From sequence record OP557970.1: DNA of 64,000 nt, one strand, 5' to 3'. The notes below the pieces were generated by a model. That model saw nothing but the letters and a program-made list of their open reading frames with translations, was not told the origin of the DNA and did no database searches. The position numbers and the translations under genes were made by a program. The DNA comes from Escherichia phage ph0021. The first letter of the stretch is position 1, and each line of letters opens with the position of its first letter. This document shows positions 10,389 to 21,938 of this stretch, piece by piece.

Positions 10389-10654
10389 TGTTCATCCTTT
10401 AGAGTTTGGTTTACAGCTCTATTATAAATCAATTCATCATTAAGCTCAGTCAAAGACCTGTGATACGTGGTTCTAACTTTATTTCCTTGCATCCAGTGCT
10501 TGACATAAATGAAACCTTGCTCTACACATTTTTTAAAAATTCGTTCGTCTTTTTGAGCTCGGAATTCTGGATTGCATCTAAAAAATTGATTTACGTGACC
10601 GTAATCACGTGTAGTATTACCTTCATTTTCATAAATAGTGTGAACGACAAACAT
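10385..10654 (-). CDS. hypothetical protein (30.1 position)
   Basis: 89 aa ORF, coupled overlaps with neighbours. Confidence 0.4.
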   Translation of the reverse strand: MFVVHTIYENEGNTTRDYGHVNQFFRCNPEFRAQKDERIFKKCVEQGFIYVKHWMQGNKVRTTYHRSLTELNDELIYNRAVNQTLKDEQ

Positions 10655-11490
10655 TAGAATGCTCCTTGGAAAATATTATCACCACTAGTAGGTCTATTAT
10701 ACAAATACTCTATGCCACCGGGTTTAATATAGTTCCATGTCTGAAACGGATGCGTCTGATATGGATGATATAGATTATAAGGATTAAATCCAGGAGTTCT
10801 CCAGGTAGTGTTCCAAGGAAAAGAATCGTTTTTAATCATCTTTTCAATTACATCTTTTATAGCTTTTTCACTATCAAAACTTTCTTTATTTTCATTCGAT
10901 GGAAAAAGCTTATTCTCTACATCATTCCATGTATAAACTCGCTGTGCAGTTTTTGGAATATTGTCACGCTCTCCTCGAGCCATCCAATAAACAGGAACAT
11001 TTAATATTTCACTCGCATGATCGCAGTGGTGAGCGAGATCGTCAATATAACAAATTACGTTATATTTCTCTTTTGCCTTTTTGAACAACTCTTCTTTTGA
11101 AGAATCATGACCACACATCAATACTTCTGAGAAGGCACCAGGAAAAAGAGCATTCAAATTAAATTGACGATTCAGCAGAGCGTCAATAGAATCACCCAGT
11201 GCTGTAACAGCTACAAAATTATAATCTTCTTTTAATTTGTTAATTACACACAGGGCATCTTTATATGGAGACAAATAGCGAATAAAATCTGAACGATTAT
11301 ACTTTTCGATTAATTTAACACCAAGTTCTTCATCGCAATTAAAGAGCTTACCAGGAGAAATAAATTTTTCGTCCTGAATCATTTTTAAAATATGTTCCAA
11401 CGGAAGATTATATTTTTGGGCAAAATAAGGAAGGCCTGATTGCCAGCTTAAACATACACCATCAATATCAGTCAAAATAGTAGGCTTCAT
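10654..11490 (-). CDS. HAD-superfamily hydrolase, possible nucleotidase (30.2 position)
   Basis: 278 aa; motif I LTDIDGV near N-terminus and later YIDD motif typical of HAD phosphatases. Confidence 0.55.
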   Translation of the reverse strand: MKPTILTDIDGVCLSWQSGLPYFAQKYNLPLEHILKMIQDEKFISPGKLFNCDEELGVKLIEKYNRSDFIRYLSPYKDALCVINKLKEDYNFVAVTALGDSIDALLNRQFNLNALFPGAFSEVLMCGHDSSKEELFKKAKEKYNVICYIDDLAHHCDHASEILNVPVYWMARGERDNIPKTAQRVYTWNDVENKLFPSNENKESFDSEKAIKDVIEKMIKNDSFPWNTTWRTPGFNPYNLYHPYQTHPFQTWNYIKPGGIEYLYNRPTSGDNIFQGAF

Positions 11491-11951
11491 AGAGAGTCTC
11501 TTAATAGGTTTAACACATCAATAAATTCAACTTCGGTTAGTATTGTATCATCTTTTGTTAGACCACTAGCCATGCTATGCTTCAAAATTTTTCCTTTTGA
11601 GGCTTGTAAGGCATCACGAAACCCCTTGTTTTGGATCGCTGCTTCAAAATATGCATTTGTATACAATTCTTTCCACGCTGGGGAGTATCTTGAAAATGGA
11701 ACTCCGAGCCAGAAGAGGGTCCCACGGTCCGCAGCTCTTGCATAAGACCTTCCAGCTTGTTGGGCGGCAAGCCCGGATAACCCAAATATACGTCTTTGCT
11801 GCTCAACATTTTTCACCTTGCATCCTTGGAGGAATCCTTCAAGACCTCCGAATTGAATACCATCCATGACGAAAGGCCATTGGGCGAAATTACTTAATGC
11901 GCATGATGGCCATCTAAAATTGCTTCTAATCTCTAACTCAGACATTTTCAA
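11487..11951 (-). CDS. NADAR-domain protein (YbiA-like; 30.3 position)
   Basis: 154 aa; motif ALSNFAQWPFVMDGIQFGGLEGFLQGCKV parallels E. coli YbiA FSNFAAWPIKVDGKTWPTSEHYFQAQKF. Confidence 0.6.
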   Translation of the reverse strand: MKMSELEIRSNFRWPSCALSNFAQWPFVMDGIQFGGLEGFLQGCKVKNVEQQRRIFGLSGLAAQQAGRSYARAADRGTLFWLGVPFSRYSPAWKELYTNAYFEAAIQNKGFRDALQASKGKILKHSMASGLTKDDTILTEVEFIDVLNLLRDSL

Positions 11952-12144
11952 TACTTATAATTTCAACATCAGCCCAATGACCATAGCAAGGAAGACGAAA
12001 TTCAACTGGCCAGTTAGGGTCCTTTTCTAATATAATAGACTTAACTTGTGGTTCTTCATGTTCATCAGTATATGGATTTTTATCTGTTACTTTATATGTG
12101 ACCTTAATGTATTGAATTCCAAAAATCTTATTAATTATATTCAT
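11938..12144 (-). CDS. hypothetical protein
   Basis: 68 aa ORF in 30.x cluster. Confidence 0.35.
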   Translation of the reverse strand: MNIINKIFGIQYIKVTYKVTDKNPYTDEHEEPQVKSIILEKDPNWPVEFRLPCYGHWADVEIISIENV

Positions 12145-12338
12145 ACTAATTCCTTTAATCCGTAAATAGGAGACAATTCATCACCCATACGAAGGTCTTC
12201 ATTTCCATCTACCCAGGAAACAATATAAGCCTCTTTTATTTGAACACCACTCCATTTAAATGGAGGTAGAACCTTAGAAATTAATCCAGGTATACCAACT
12301 CCCTTTAATTCAACAGTTTGACCTAAAAAGAATTTCAT
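12141..12338 (-). CDS. hypothetical protein
   Basis: 65 aa ORF in 30.x cluster. Confidence 0.35.
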   Translation of the reverse strand: MKFFLGQTVELKGVGIPGLISKVLPPFKWSGVQIKEAYIVSWVDGNEDLRMGDELSPIYGLKELV

Positions 12339-12625
12339 TAGAACCTCATCTGAAAACCATGCGATTTAACATTACCGCCGCCAATATCAGAAATATTAAT
12401 TTCACGCGCAATCGAAGGATCGATGTCAATTTCACGATTAAGTTTAGCGATAGCTAAAGTATCACGCCCATTTACAGTACGGAACTCTAAAGGACAAACC
12501 ACATCAACGTAATTTTTAATCGATTCACTGGTAGGTTGCAAATGAGCAGGAAGGTCTTTGGGCGCCTTTGAGAAAACCACTTCACAGAAATTTTTACGGG
12601 TATCAAAATAAGTAGTCATAAACAT
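12338..12625 (-). CDS. hypothetical protein
   Basis: 95 aa ORF preceded by a UUCG hairpin and RBS. Confidence 0.4.
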   Translation of the reverse strand: MFMTTYFDTRKNFCEVVFSKAPKDLPAHLQPTSESIKNYVDVVCPLEFRTVNGRDTLAIAKLNREIDIDPSIAREINISDIGGGNVKSHGFQMRF

Positions 12626-12666
12626 AGTATTTTCCTCAGTAAGGGGCCGAAGCCCCTCATTTTATT

Positions 12667-13044
12667 TTAAATATCAAATTCATTAAGAACTACATCAAAG
12701 ATTGCTTCAAGATGCTCAGGTTTAGCTCTGTTACTCAGAATATGACGAATCCAAGTTTTAACCAAAAGCTTGCGATTATCACCATTCCAGCAAGGATGAG
12801 TCCCTAAATCGCGTTGACGAAAATCATCATCCAGAGCGATTTTAAAGTTGGAACCTTCCATTGTGATTGAAACCGTGATGCCATTTTCAAATCGCATATA
12901 AACGTAATTAGGAGTCATATACTGTTCAATTTCGCATACTGATCCATTTTGATGTTTCCAAAGGCAAATAGTATCAATAGAACCTGCAATACCATTAGAA
13001 ACATATTTACGTTCAAAGTTGATGTAGTTCATTTTATTCTCCAA
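12667..13044 (-). CDS. hypothetical protein
   Basis: 125 aa ORF with its own early promoter. Confidence 0.4.
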   Translation of the reverse strand: MENKMNYINFERKYVSNGIAGSIDTICLWKHQNGSVCEIEQYMTPNYVYMRFENGITVSITMEGSNFKIALDDDFRQRDLGTHPCWNGDNRKLLVKTWIRHILSNRAKPEHLEAIFDVVLNEFDI

Positions 13045-13063
13045 GATGTTTAATTGCGGTACA

Positions 13064-13097
13064 GGTATATAATATCATATCCTGTACCAAAGTAAAC
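13064..13097 (-). promoter_or_regulatory. T4-type early promoter
   Basis: GTTTAC -35 (13092..13097), 17 nt spacer, TATTAT -10 on minus strand. Confidence 0.55.
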
Positions 13098-13099
13098 AA

Positions 13100-13432
13100 T
13101 TATTTTACTACTTTCCAGTGTTGCATGTCAAGTTTACCGACTTTTTTCATCTTCTCAATTAAGCGTTCGGCGCGTTGGCGAGCTGTAACATAATGCCATT
13201 CGCCTAATTCATTTTGTTCAATTTTTCCAACGATTACTGTATTCAATTCATAAATCCAACCAGTAAAGAAATTATGAACTTGAATTGTAAAGGTGAAATC
13301 TGTTCCCATACCTTCTGTTGTTTCTACTTCAATAATATCACCTTCAACTGCCATTAAGAACCACATAGTTTCGTTATATTCACCATTGAAGCATTTAGCT
13401 TTAACTGCAGCGTTCAGATTAATCGTTTTCAT
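13100..13432 (-). CDS. hypothetical protein
   Basis: 110 aa ORF with its own early promoter. Confidence 0.4.
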   Translation of the reverse strand: MKTINLNAAVKAKCFNGEYNETMWFLMAVEGDIIEVETTEGMGTDFTFTIQVHNFFTGWIYELNTVIVGKIEQNELGEWHYVTARQRAERLIEKMKKVGKLDMQHWKVVK

Positions 13433-13457
13433 TTTATTCTCCTTTGTTTGTGTAAGA

Positions 13458-13489
13458 TAATACTATCACAAAGGAACCATACTGTAAAC
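13458..13489 (-). promoter_or_regulatory. T4-type early promoter
   Basis: GTTTACA -35 (13484..13489) and TAGTAT -10 on minus strand. Confidence 0.55.
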
Positions 13490-13509
13490 AACTTTATGCA
13501 ATCTTTGGA

Positions 13510-13537
13510 AAATAAAAAAGGACTCCCGAAGGAGTCC
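13510..13537 (-). terminator. rho-independent terminator
   Basis: Hairpin ggactcccgaaggagtcc (UUCG loop on transcript) followed by U-run. Confidence 0.65.
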
Positions 13538-13542
13538 TCAAC

Positions 13543-13719
13543 TTATGCTTTCTGCTTACCAAAACGAGAAGCATCATCTCGAAGAACCGCACGTGCTCGG
13601 CGCATGATCTTCTCAACAGTTTGATTGATACGAGAGTTCGACCCACGCTTGTAGCCAGCGCGTTTAGAATCACCAACTTTCTTTTCAACTGCTTTCTTTG
13701 CTTTAGCTTGTTTTGCCAT
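13543..13719 (-). CDS. small highly basic protein (about 58 aa from MAKQAKAKK)
   Basis: Lys/Arg-rich ORF; the internal start with upstream RBS is preferred over the longer 72 aa reading. Confidence 0.4.
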   Translation of the reverse strand: MAKQAKAKKAVEKKVGDSKRAGYKRGSNSRINQTVEKIMRRARAVLRDDASRFGKQKA

Positions 13720-13964
13720 TATAAATTCTCTTTTAAATGAAAATGCAGGACTTATTGGCATTGCCTGCGCAAGCCCTCAAGGGGAACATAGGTTTTTGGG
13801 TATTTAACGACCAGGATAACCATAAACCCGTCATCATTCACATTCAAGAGGTACACCATAAAACTGCCGGGGTCTTAAAACTATAATGATTCGCAAATCA
13901 TTAATCAGACAGTTCGATGGCTCCTCGATTTTAGCTCACACTAAGGCAGTGAATCTCCAATAAA

Positions 13965-14213
13965 TTACTTCAATGTTACCACAAAGTGACGAACTGCTTT
14001 TCGTGCAGCAGAAGCCAGAGGCTTAGCATACTTAAGTTCATCTTTTTCCTGAAGCTCAGCAGCTAATGCAGTTTGAGCAGGATTTAGATGTTTGAAATAA
14101 CGCAGGATTTCAAGAGCTTCGGCTTCAACATCAATAGATGCGCCATAGTTTTCGTGACCATTATTCCATGCGTTTCGTTGCAGTTCAAGAGCGTGTTGTA
14201 ATTGTTTAATCAT
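13965..14213 (-). CDS. rIII: rIII lysis-inhibition accessory protein
   Basis: 82 aa, same length and position (beside gene 31) as T4 rIII. Confidence 0.8.
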   Translation of the reverse strand: MIKQLQHALELQRNAWNNGHENYGASIDVEAEALEILRYFKHLNPAQTALAAELQEKDELKYAKPLASAARKAVRHFVVTLK

Positions 14214-14360
14214 TTAAAAATTCTCGTTAGAGATTAAAACTCGGTAGTCACGTTCTTCTGAATTTCATCTTCTTTCGACAGATCTCTCAGTTGTAGACTA
14301 CCACATAGAATTGTTCGGTTAACTTATTATTCCGACACCCAATTCATATTATTATTTATA

Positions 14361-14696
14361 TCACTTATAAAGACATGGAATAGCTTTATAGTGGCAAGTG
14401 ACGAATTTTTGTTTAATTTCTTTTGGCTGCTTAAGACCCAGAGCTACAAAAGGATGCGGAACATTTCGAATTTGACCAACTGGAAGAGAAGTCAAATCAC
14501 CAACTTCGCAGAAACCTTCAGGAACATCAGGACCAACAGAGTGAACTACACACAGTTCAGGAACTTCACCTTGAACACGTTTACCGATAATAAGTCCTGA
14601 TTCTGTAACTTCTTCATCACCAGCTTGTGCAGGTTCAGAAACTAAAATAACATATTCACCGACAGCACGAATTGGTAGCTGTTGTACTTCAGACAT
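14361..14696 (-). CDS. 31: gp31 co-chaperonin (GroES analogue for capsid folding)
   Basis: 111 aa starting [19 protein letters not shown], matching T4 gp31. Confidence 0.9.
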
Positions 14697-14724
14697 CGTT
14701 TTTCCTTTTTGTTAACAGATGAAT

Positions 14725-14755
14725 TAATAATAACAAATAATTCTTAAAGCATTTA
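14725..14755 (-). promoter_or_regulatory. candidate MotA-dependent middle promoter for gene 31
   Basis: Minus-strand TGCTTTA (MotA-box-like) about 12 nt upstream of a TATTAT -10. Confidence 0.4.
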
Positions 14756-15061
14756 TTTACCAATAAATTGAAGCAAATGCTCAACTTTCATACCATTAAC
14801 AGAAATCAATTTGCCAATAGAAAAACCTCGCCATGCGCCAAGTTCAACATCAAATACTGGAATCATGTCAGTAGATTCTTTCCGAGTAGATTCAGTCAAT
14901 TTACCAGTTTGCATGGTTGGCATAAAGTCTGCATCACGAGTACCTTTCATAGTACGAATAGTACCATCAGACTTTTCAAAAACTACGTTTGAAACACCCA
15001 TGGACAATTTGGTTTTCAAAATTTCGCGAATTGCTACTTTCTGCTCAGTTGTCAGTTTCAT
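14753..15061 (-). CDS. hypothetical protein (31.1 position)
   Basis: 102 aa ORF. Confidence 0.4.
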   Translation of the reverse strand: MKLTTEQKVAIREILKTKLSMGVSNVVFEKSDGTIRTMKGTRDADFMPTMQTGKLTESTRKESTDMIPVFDVELGAWRGFSIGKLISVNGMKVEHLLQFIGK

Positions 15062-15298
15062 TTATTTACCTATTACAGTTTTAATATGAGTTGTTCCACG
15101 TTCTTTAAGGGTGGAAAGTAATTTTTGGCATTTTTCTAAATCAGATTTCCAACTATATGGTCTATCAATACTAGTCCAATCAGTTTTATAATACTGTTTC
15201 CATTTAGAGAAAAAATATTTCTTATACTCTACAGCAAACGAGATGTTCTCGTTAGAATAAGAACTAATTGCTGTAAGCTTTACCAAACGAAATTTCAT
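15062..15298 (-). CDS. hypothetical protein (31.2 position)
   Basis: 78 aa ORF. Confidence 0.4.
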   Translation of the reverse strand: MKFRLVKLTAISSYSNENISFAVEYKKYFFSKWKQYYKTDWTSIDRPYSWKSDLEKCQKLLSTLKERGTTHIKTVIGK

Positions 15299-15879
15299 TA
15301 TTCACCACAGAATTCGTTGATATTTTCCCAGTTTAACTTATTCAAGTTTTTCTTAGGAACATTAAACACTTCAATACCTGCATTTCGCAGAATATCATCC
15401 CAGCCAGGTTTATTTTTATCGTATGTTTCACAATAAACCAACTTTTTAATTCCAGATTGAGCTATTGCTTTTGCACAATCTGGGCAAGGAGAAAGTGTTA
15501 CATACATAGTAGCACCTTCAATTGAAGAACCATTTCGTGCAGCAAACAAAATCGCATTTAGTTCAGCATGAATTTCATTTTTAGACGACCATTCAGAGTG
15601 AGCGCTACGATGTTCTTTCGCCAAGACAAAACGATCAGTTGAACCAAATGATACACATTCGGGTTTATGACCTTGGATAATAGTATGTTTAGGTTTATTC
15701 AGCAACCAACCTTGCTCGGCAGCATAATCACAGCAGTTCACACCACCAGCAGGTGAACCATTATATCCGGTAGAAATAATACGTCCATTCTTTTCAATTA
15801 CTGCTCCTACCTTCCAGGAGCAACATTTTGATTCTTGTGATACTAAATATGCAATTTGAAGTACTGTACTCGCTTTCAT
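15298..15879 (-). CDS. cd: dCMP deaminase
   Basis: 193 aa; zinc-binding deaminase motifs HAELNAI and SPCPDCAKAI. Confidence 0.95.
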   Translation of the reverse strand: MKASTVLQIAYLVSQESKCCSWKVGAVIEKNGRIISTGYNGSPAGGVNCCDYAAEQGWLLNKPKHTIIQGHKPECVSFGSTDRFVLAKEHRSAHSEWSSKNEIHAELNAILFAARNGSSIEGATMYVTLSPCPDCAKAIAQSGIKKLVYCETYDKNKPGWDDILRNAGIEVFNVPKKNLNKLNWENINEFCGE

Positions 15880-16214
15880 TTCATAATCACCAGATAAGCA
15901 GATTTAGCAGTTTCAACACGATAAATTTCATGACGAAGTTTAGTTATACTTTTAATAACAGAACTAATTATATTCTGCCCATCTTTAAAGCGGTTTTTCT
16001 TATCAATAAAAATTGCACCAGTCATCTTTTTGTGAAGCTCAACTGGATACTTCGTCACAATAATAGCATCATACACAGAAGGATGAATACTATTCACCAG
16101 AGTATCATTCATTAAAGTTATTCTAATGAACTTTGCTGTTTCAGAGTCAAGCGCTCTATGATCGCCAGTATCATTTTCAAGACAATTATCAATTATATCA
16201 GTTAAATTCATCAT
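15876..16214 (-). CDS. hypothetical protein (cd.x)
   Basis: 112 aa ORF. Confidence 0.35.
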   Translation of the reverse strand: MMNLTDIIDNCLENDTGDHRALDSETAKFIRITLMNDTLVNSIHPSVYDAIIVTKYPVELHKKMTGAIFIDKKNRFKDGQNIISSVIKSITKLRHEIYRVETAKSAYLVIMK

Positions 16215-16447
16215 AGTACGCCATACACCCTTTGTGCTTCAACTAATCCATCAAAATCCAATTTAAGATGCGATATTTGATCGCCATCACCTGGATTCAC
16301 AATTACTAATACTGAACGAGGAGTTTCGGTAATAACACGAACCGATGTTTCAGGAAATCGTTCAGAAACCTTATTTACTAATTCCTGCGCAAATAGTTTA
16401 ACTTTTTCTTGAAATTCTTTAACAGTAATTGGTTTTTCACTTAGCAT
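16211..16447 (-). CDS. hypothetical protein (cd.x)
   Basis: 78 aa ORF. Confidence 0.35.
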   Translation of the reverse strand: MLSEKPITVKEFQEKVKLFAQELVNKVSERFPETSVRVITETPRSVLVIVNPGDGDQISHLKLDFDGLVEAQRVYGVL

Positions 16448-16983
16448 GTTGATCCCAGCTCCTTACTTTCAACGTTTTTAACTAATTTGACAGAAACTAA
16501 TTCAGCATCTTGGGTAATCATTACTGGACCTTCTTCATACTCTTCAAGATATTCTAGAGCTTTCTTTTTAGCTTCTTCCTTCGTATCAGTTTGAGCATAG
16601 ATATAAAACATACAACCAGTAATACCTACTACTTTCCATTTAATTTCTTTATCAGTTTTAATTTCAAATTTACTGACAGAATCATCTTTTTGAACTTCTT
16701 CGAAAAAATAATATTCTGACATATAAGTAATTGAAAACAACGGGCTATCTTTATAGCATTCGCCCATTACATCAACAGCTTTATACCAGTAATCGTCAAT
16801 TTCGCGTTTAATGCTAATAACATTCTTCGCAGGATCAATTTTTACTTTAAATGAATTTTCATCAATAAACTGGGCAATTCGTTTATTAGCCCCACAGGTT
16901 TCATTAAAAATATCTTTATATCCAGCTTTAAAGCGATAAACCTTATCTTCTTCAAACCATTCGCTCATTTTCAATTTCCTCAT
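16441..16983 (-). CDS. hypothetical protein (cd.x)
   Basis: 180 aa ORF with its own early promoter. Confidence 0.4.
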   Translation of the reverse strand: MRKLKMSEWFEEDKVYRFKAGYKDIFNETCGANKRIAQFIDENSFKVKIDPAKNVISIKREIDDYWYKAVDVMGECYKDSPLFSITYMSEYYFFEEVQKDDSVSKFEIKTDKEIKWKVVGITGCMFYIYAQTDTKEEAKKKALEYLEEYEEGPVMITQDAELVSVKLVKNVESKELGSTC

Positions 16984-16996
16984 TTGTTTGGTAGAG

Positions 16997-17028
16997 CTAT
17001 AATATCACAACTCTACCGTAAAGTAAAC
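16997..17028 (-). promoter_or_regulatory. T4-type early promoter
   Basis: GTTTAC (17023..17028) plus TATTAT -10 on minus strand. Confidence 0.55.
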
Positions 17029-17030
17029 TA

Positions 17031-17306
17031 TTAAATTGCTTTGAATTCTGATGTCTGTGATTCAAAGCGAATGTCGCCTTTGATGACTAGCTCAGCATCA
17101 AGACCGAATACGACAATGATATGCGCGGAACCTGGATACAGCGTAATTGCAATAGAATCCACTTGGTCTGGAAGCAAAGCGTTCAATACATGAGTCACTT
17201 GAGCATGGATTCGAAGTTCAGCTGCGTTATCAAGCTTTTCAAACATATTATTAGCGATAATTTGACTAAACACTACTTCTACGATTTTAGAATAAGTCGG
17301 AAACAT
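17031..17306 (-). CDS. hypothetical protein (cd.x)
   Basis: 91 aa ORF. Confidence 0.35.
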   Translation of the reverse strand: MFPTYSKIVEVVFSQIIANNMFEKLDNAAELRIHAQVTHVLNALLPDQVDSIAITLYPGSAHIIVVFGLDAELVIKGDIRFESQTSEFKAI

Positions 17307-17308
17307 AT

Positions 17309-17509
17309 TTACCTCACATAATTTTCTTCAAGCCAATCAATAACATCCAACGCATTATCAAAAGTTGAACCATCTACTTTGTCTTCTGTTTCATAATCAA
17401 GAACATCTAAACCTACTCTTCCATTAACAATAGGCCATAAACAAAACAGGTATTTCTTTTCTTTTTCAATTTTATCGCAAAGATGATAAATTTTTTCTAT
17501 GTTATTCAT
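17309..17509 (-). CDS. hypothetical protein (cd.x)
   Basis: 66 aa ORF. Confidence 0.35.
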   Translation of the reverse strand: MNNIEKIYHLCDKIEKEKKYLFCLWPIVNGRVGLDVLDYETEDKVDGSTFDNALDVIDWLEENYVR

Positions 17510-17698
17510 AAGTTTTCCATGGTAAAGGCAGTTTAGTTTTCTTTACTGTTAGTTCAACATCAGGATTCTTTTCTCTTAATTTAAGGCATTCCTCCCAAGC
17601 TCTGATTTCACTAGTGAATACACAAAATTGCCCATTACTAGTACCGACTAAACCACTATTTACAATAATAATAGCCCAAGTTTCATGATGCCACGCCA

Positions 17699-17699
<1 letters not shown>
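17502..17699 (-). CDS. hypothetical protein (cd.x)
   Basis: 65 aa ORF. Confidence 0.35.
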
Positions 17700-18792
<1,093 letters not shown>

Positions 18793-18888
18793 TTAATACT
18801 ACCCCACGGTCCAAATCCATATATACTGCACCATTGCATGCATCAATGTAACGGTCTGAACATTCAATATAACGTTCTAACAGAGCTT

Positions 18889-19119
18889 TCATTTATTTTT
18901 CTCAACTAATGATTGAATATAATCATGCAGATCTTTAGACGCCTTAGCCCAATTATTTTGATATTCATTTTTAAGATTAGCACGTGATTGAGCTAATAAA
19001 ACATCATTAGTTGGAGGTAAAGATTCTAACCGCTGAATCTGGCGTCCGTAAATCATTGCAGCCATCTCGGATTCATAAATCAATCCTTTGAGATGTTCAA
19101 ATTGATGCCATGAAATCAT
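18889..19119 (-). CDS. hypothetical protein (pseT.1 position)
   Basis: 76 aa ORF. Confidence 0.4.
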   Translation of the reverse strand: MISWHQFEHLKGLIYESEMAAMIYGRQIQRLESLPPTNDVLLAQSRANLKNEYQNNWAKASKDLHDYIQSLVEKNK

Positions 19120-19415
19120 TTACATTTATCCTCTTTTAACTCTTGACGATAATAACATATCATAGTTTTTTGATCATGTACATATCGTTTTACATCATTA
19201 AGCCAAATACGAAATTCCTGGGAATCTTCAAATGGCATACCGACCCAAGCTTTACCATCAATAACTTTAACTTGCCAAGATAGTTTAGCTTCGTCATATG
19301 ACTTTATTTGTACAGGCCAATTAGGATGAACTGTTTCTTTCTTTACTTCTAGAGGCTTTGTCGAACAACCAACTAGAAGACCAATAGATAATATTACTGC
19401 TGATAGTTTAATCAT
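19116..19415 (-). CDS. o-spanin (outer-membrane lipoprotein; pseT.2 position)
   Basis: 99 aa; signal peptide with lipobox LLVGCS; paired with upstream type-II membrane protein. Confidence 0.7.
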   Translation of the reverse strand: MIKLSAVILSIGLLVGCSTKPLEVKKETVHPNWPVQIKSYDEAKLSWQVKVIDGKAWVGMPFEDSQEFRIWLNDVKRYVHDQKTMICYYRQELKEDKCK

Positions 19416-19765
19416 TTAGAAAGGTCCTGGATGTCTTCTGCGAACTTGTTGAAGGAGTTGTTGATTTGTTTTTCAACCAATCCTGGCTTACGAGCCACCA
19501 CATCCGCCTTCTTTGCGTCTTTGCGCAGTTTTTCATTTTCACGCTCAATAGCAGCAATCGCCTCACGATTTTTATTATTCATCGCATCAATATAATTATA
19601 TTGATTTTTTAAATCATTTAATGCTAAAGCGTTTTCATTGGCCGTTTTTGTAATTTCTACAACAGACGTTTCTAATCCTTCAATTTTATTTTTTAAAATT
19701 AAAGAAGTTCCGCCTAATGCAATTACAATTAATAGCAAACCTGCTGTCGTATTACTTAATTGCAT
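19412..19765 (-). CDS. i-spanin (pseT.3 position)
   Basis: 117 aa; N-terminal TM helix AGLLLIVIALGGTSLIL then coiled-coil-like periplasmic domain. Confidence 0.7.
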   Translation of the reverse strand: MQLSNTTAGLLLIVIALGGTSLILKNKIEGLETSVVEITKTANENALALNDLKNQYNYIDAMNNKNREAIAAIERENEKLRKDAKKADVVARKPGLVEKQINNSFNKFAEDIQDLSK

Positions 19766-20262
19766 AAAGTTTTAATAACCTCTATAATATCGTCTTGAGA
19801 AAGACCGTTAATTAAAATATGATGTTCAGCTGGAGATTTAGAAATTTTAAAGCATGCCTCAACATCTTCTGCCATATCCGATGCACTACGATTTGGATTA
19901 CTAACCCCAAGGCGGTGTTTTCCCGTCAAAGGATTAACGATGATATAGCATTTGCAGCTATTGATATGAACATTGGGTTGAGTCTGATTAATGAACACTT
20001 CACAATCATACTTAGCGAGTTGATTTTCTAAAAAGACTTTCATCTCCTCAACCGCATCAGGAAGCATATCACGGGCTTGCTCAAGACGACGATTTCGATA
20101 TTCTTTAATGGTCGTTTTCCGCTTGACTTGCTTAGCTAAATCTTTCTTAAGATCGGTGATATATCCAACTCGACGATTTCCTTTGAATACAGAAATCCCA
20201 TCTGTAGTATCACCGTATGCTTCAACGACCATTTCAGTAGTAATAAGCTGCAAATCCATCAT
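19756..20262 (-). CDS. alc: Alc-like transcription unfolder/terminator
   Basis: 168 aa ORF at the T4 alc position between rnlA and pseT.3, T4 Alc size. Confidence 0.6.
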   Translation of the reverse strand: MMDLQLITTEMVVEAYGDTTDGISVFKGNRRVGYITDLKKDLAKQVKRKTTIKEYRNRRLEQARDMLPDAVEEMKVFLENQLAKYDCEVFINQTQPNVHINSCKCYIIVNPLTGKHRLGVSNPNRSASDMAEDVEACFKISKSPAEHHILINGLSQDDIIEVIKTLCN

Positions 20263-20291
20263 AAAGTCCTCATGTTATGTCAGTAAGACTA

Positions 20292-20320
20292 CTATAACAC
20301 AACATAAGGAACGTGTAAAC
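20292..20320 (-). promoter_or_regulatory. T4-type early promoter (alc)
   Basis: GTTTAC (20315..20320) and TATAGT-like -10; a 38 bp core is identical to 4479..4516. Confidence 0.6.
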
Positions 20321-20323
20321 AGC

Positions 20324-21911
<1,588 letters not shown>

Positions 21912-21938
21912 AATAAAATGGGCCTTGCGGCCCACTCC

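Noticed and set aside
13762-13964. 35-codon ORF (MVYLLNVNDDGFMVILVVKYPKTY...) in the rIII-proximal gap
   Set aside because: No recognisable RBS or promoter; too short and unsupported to call as a gene.
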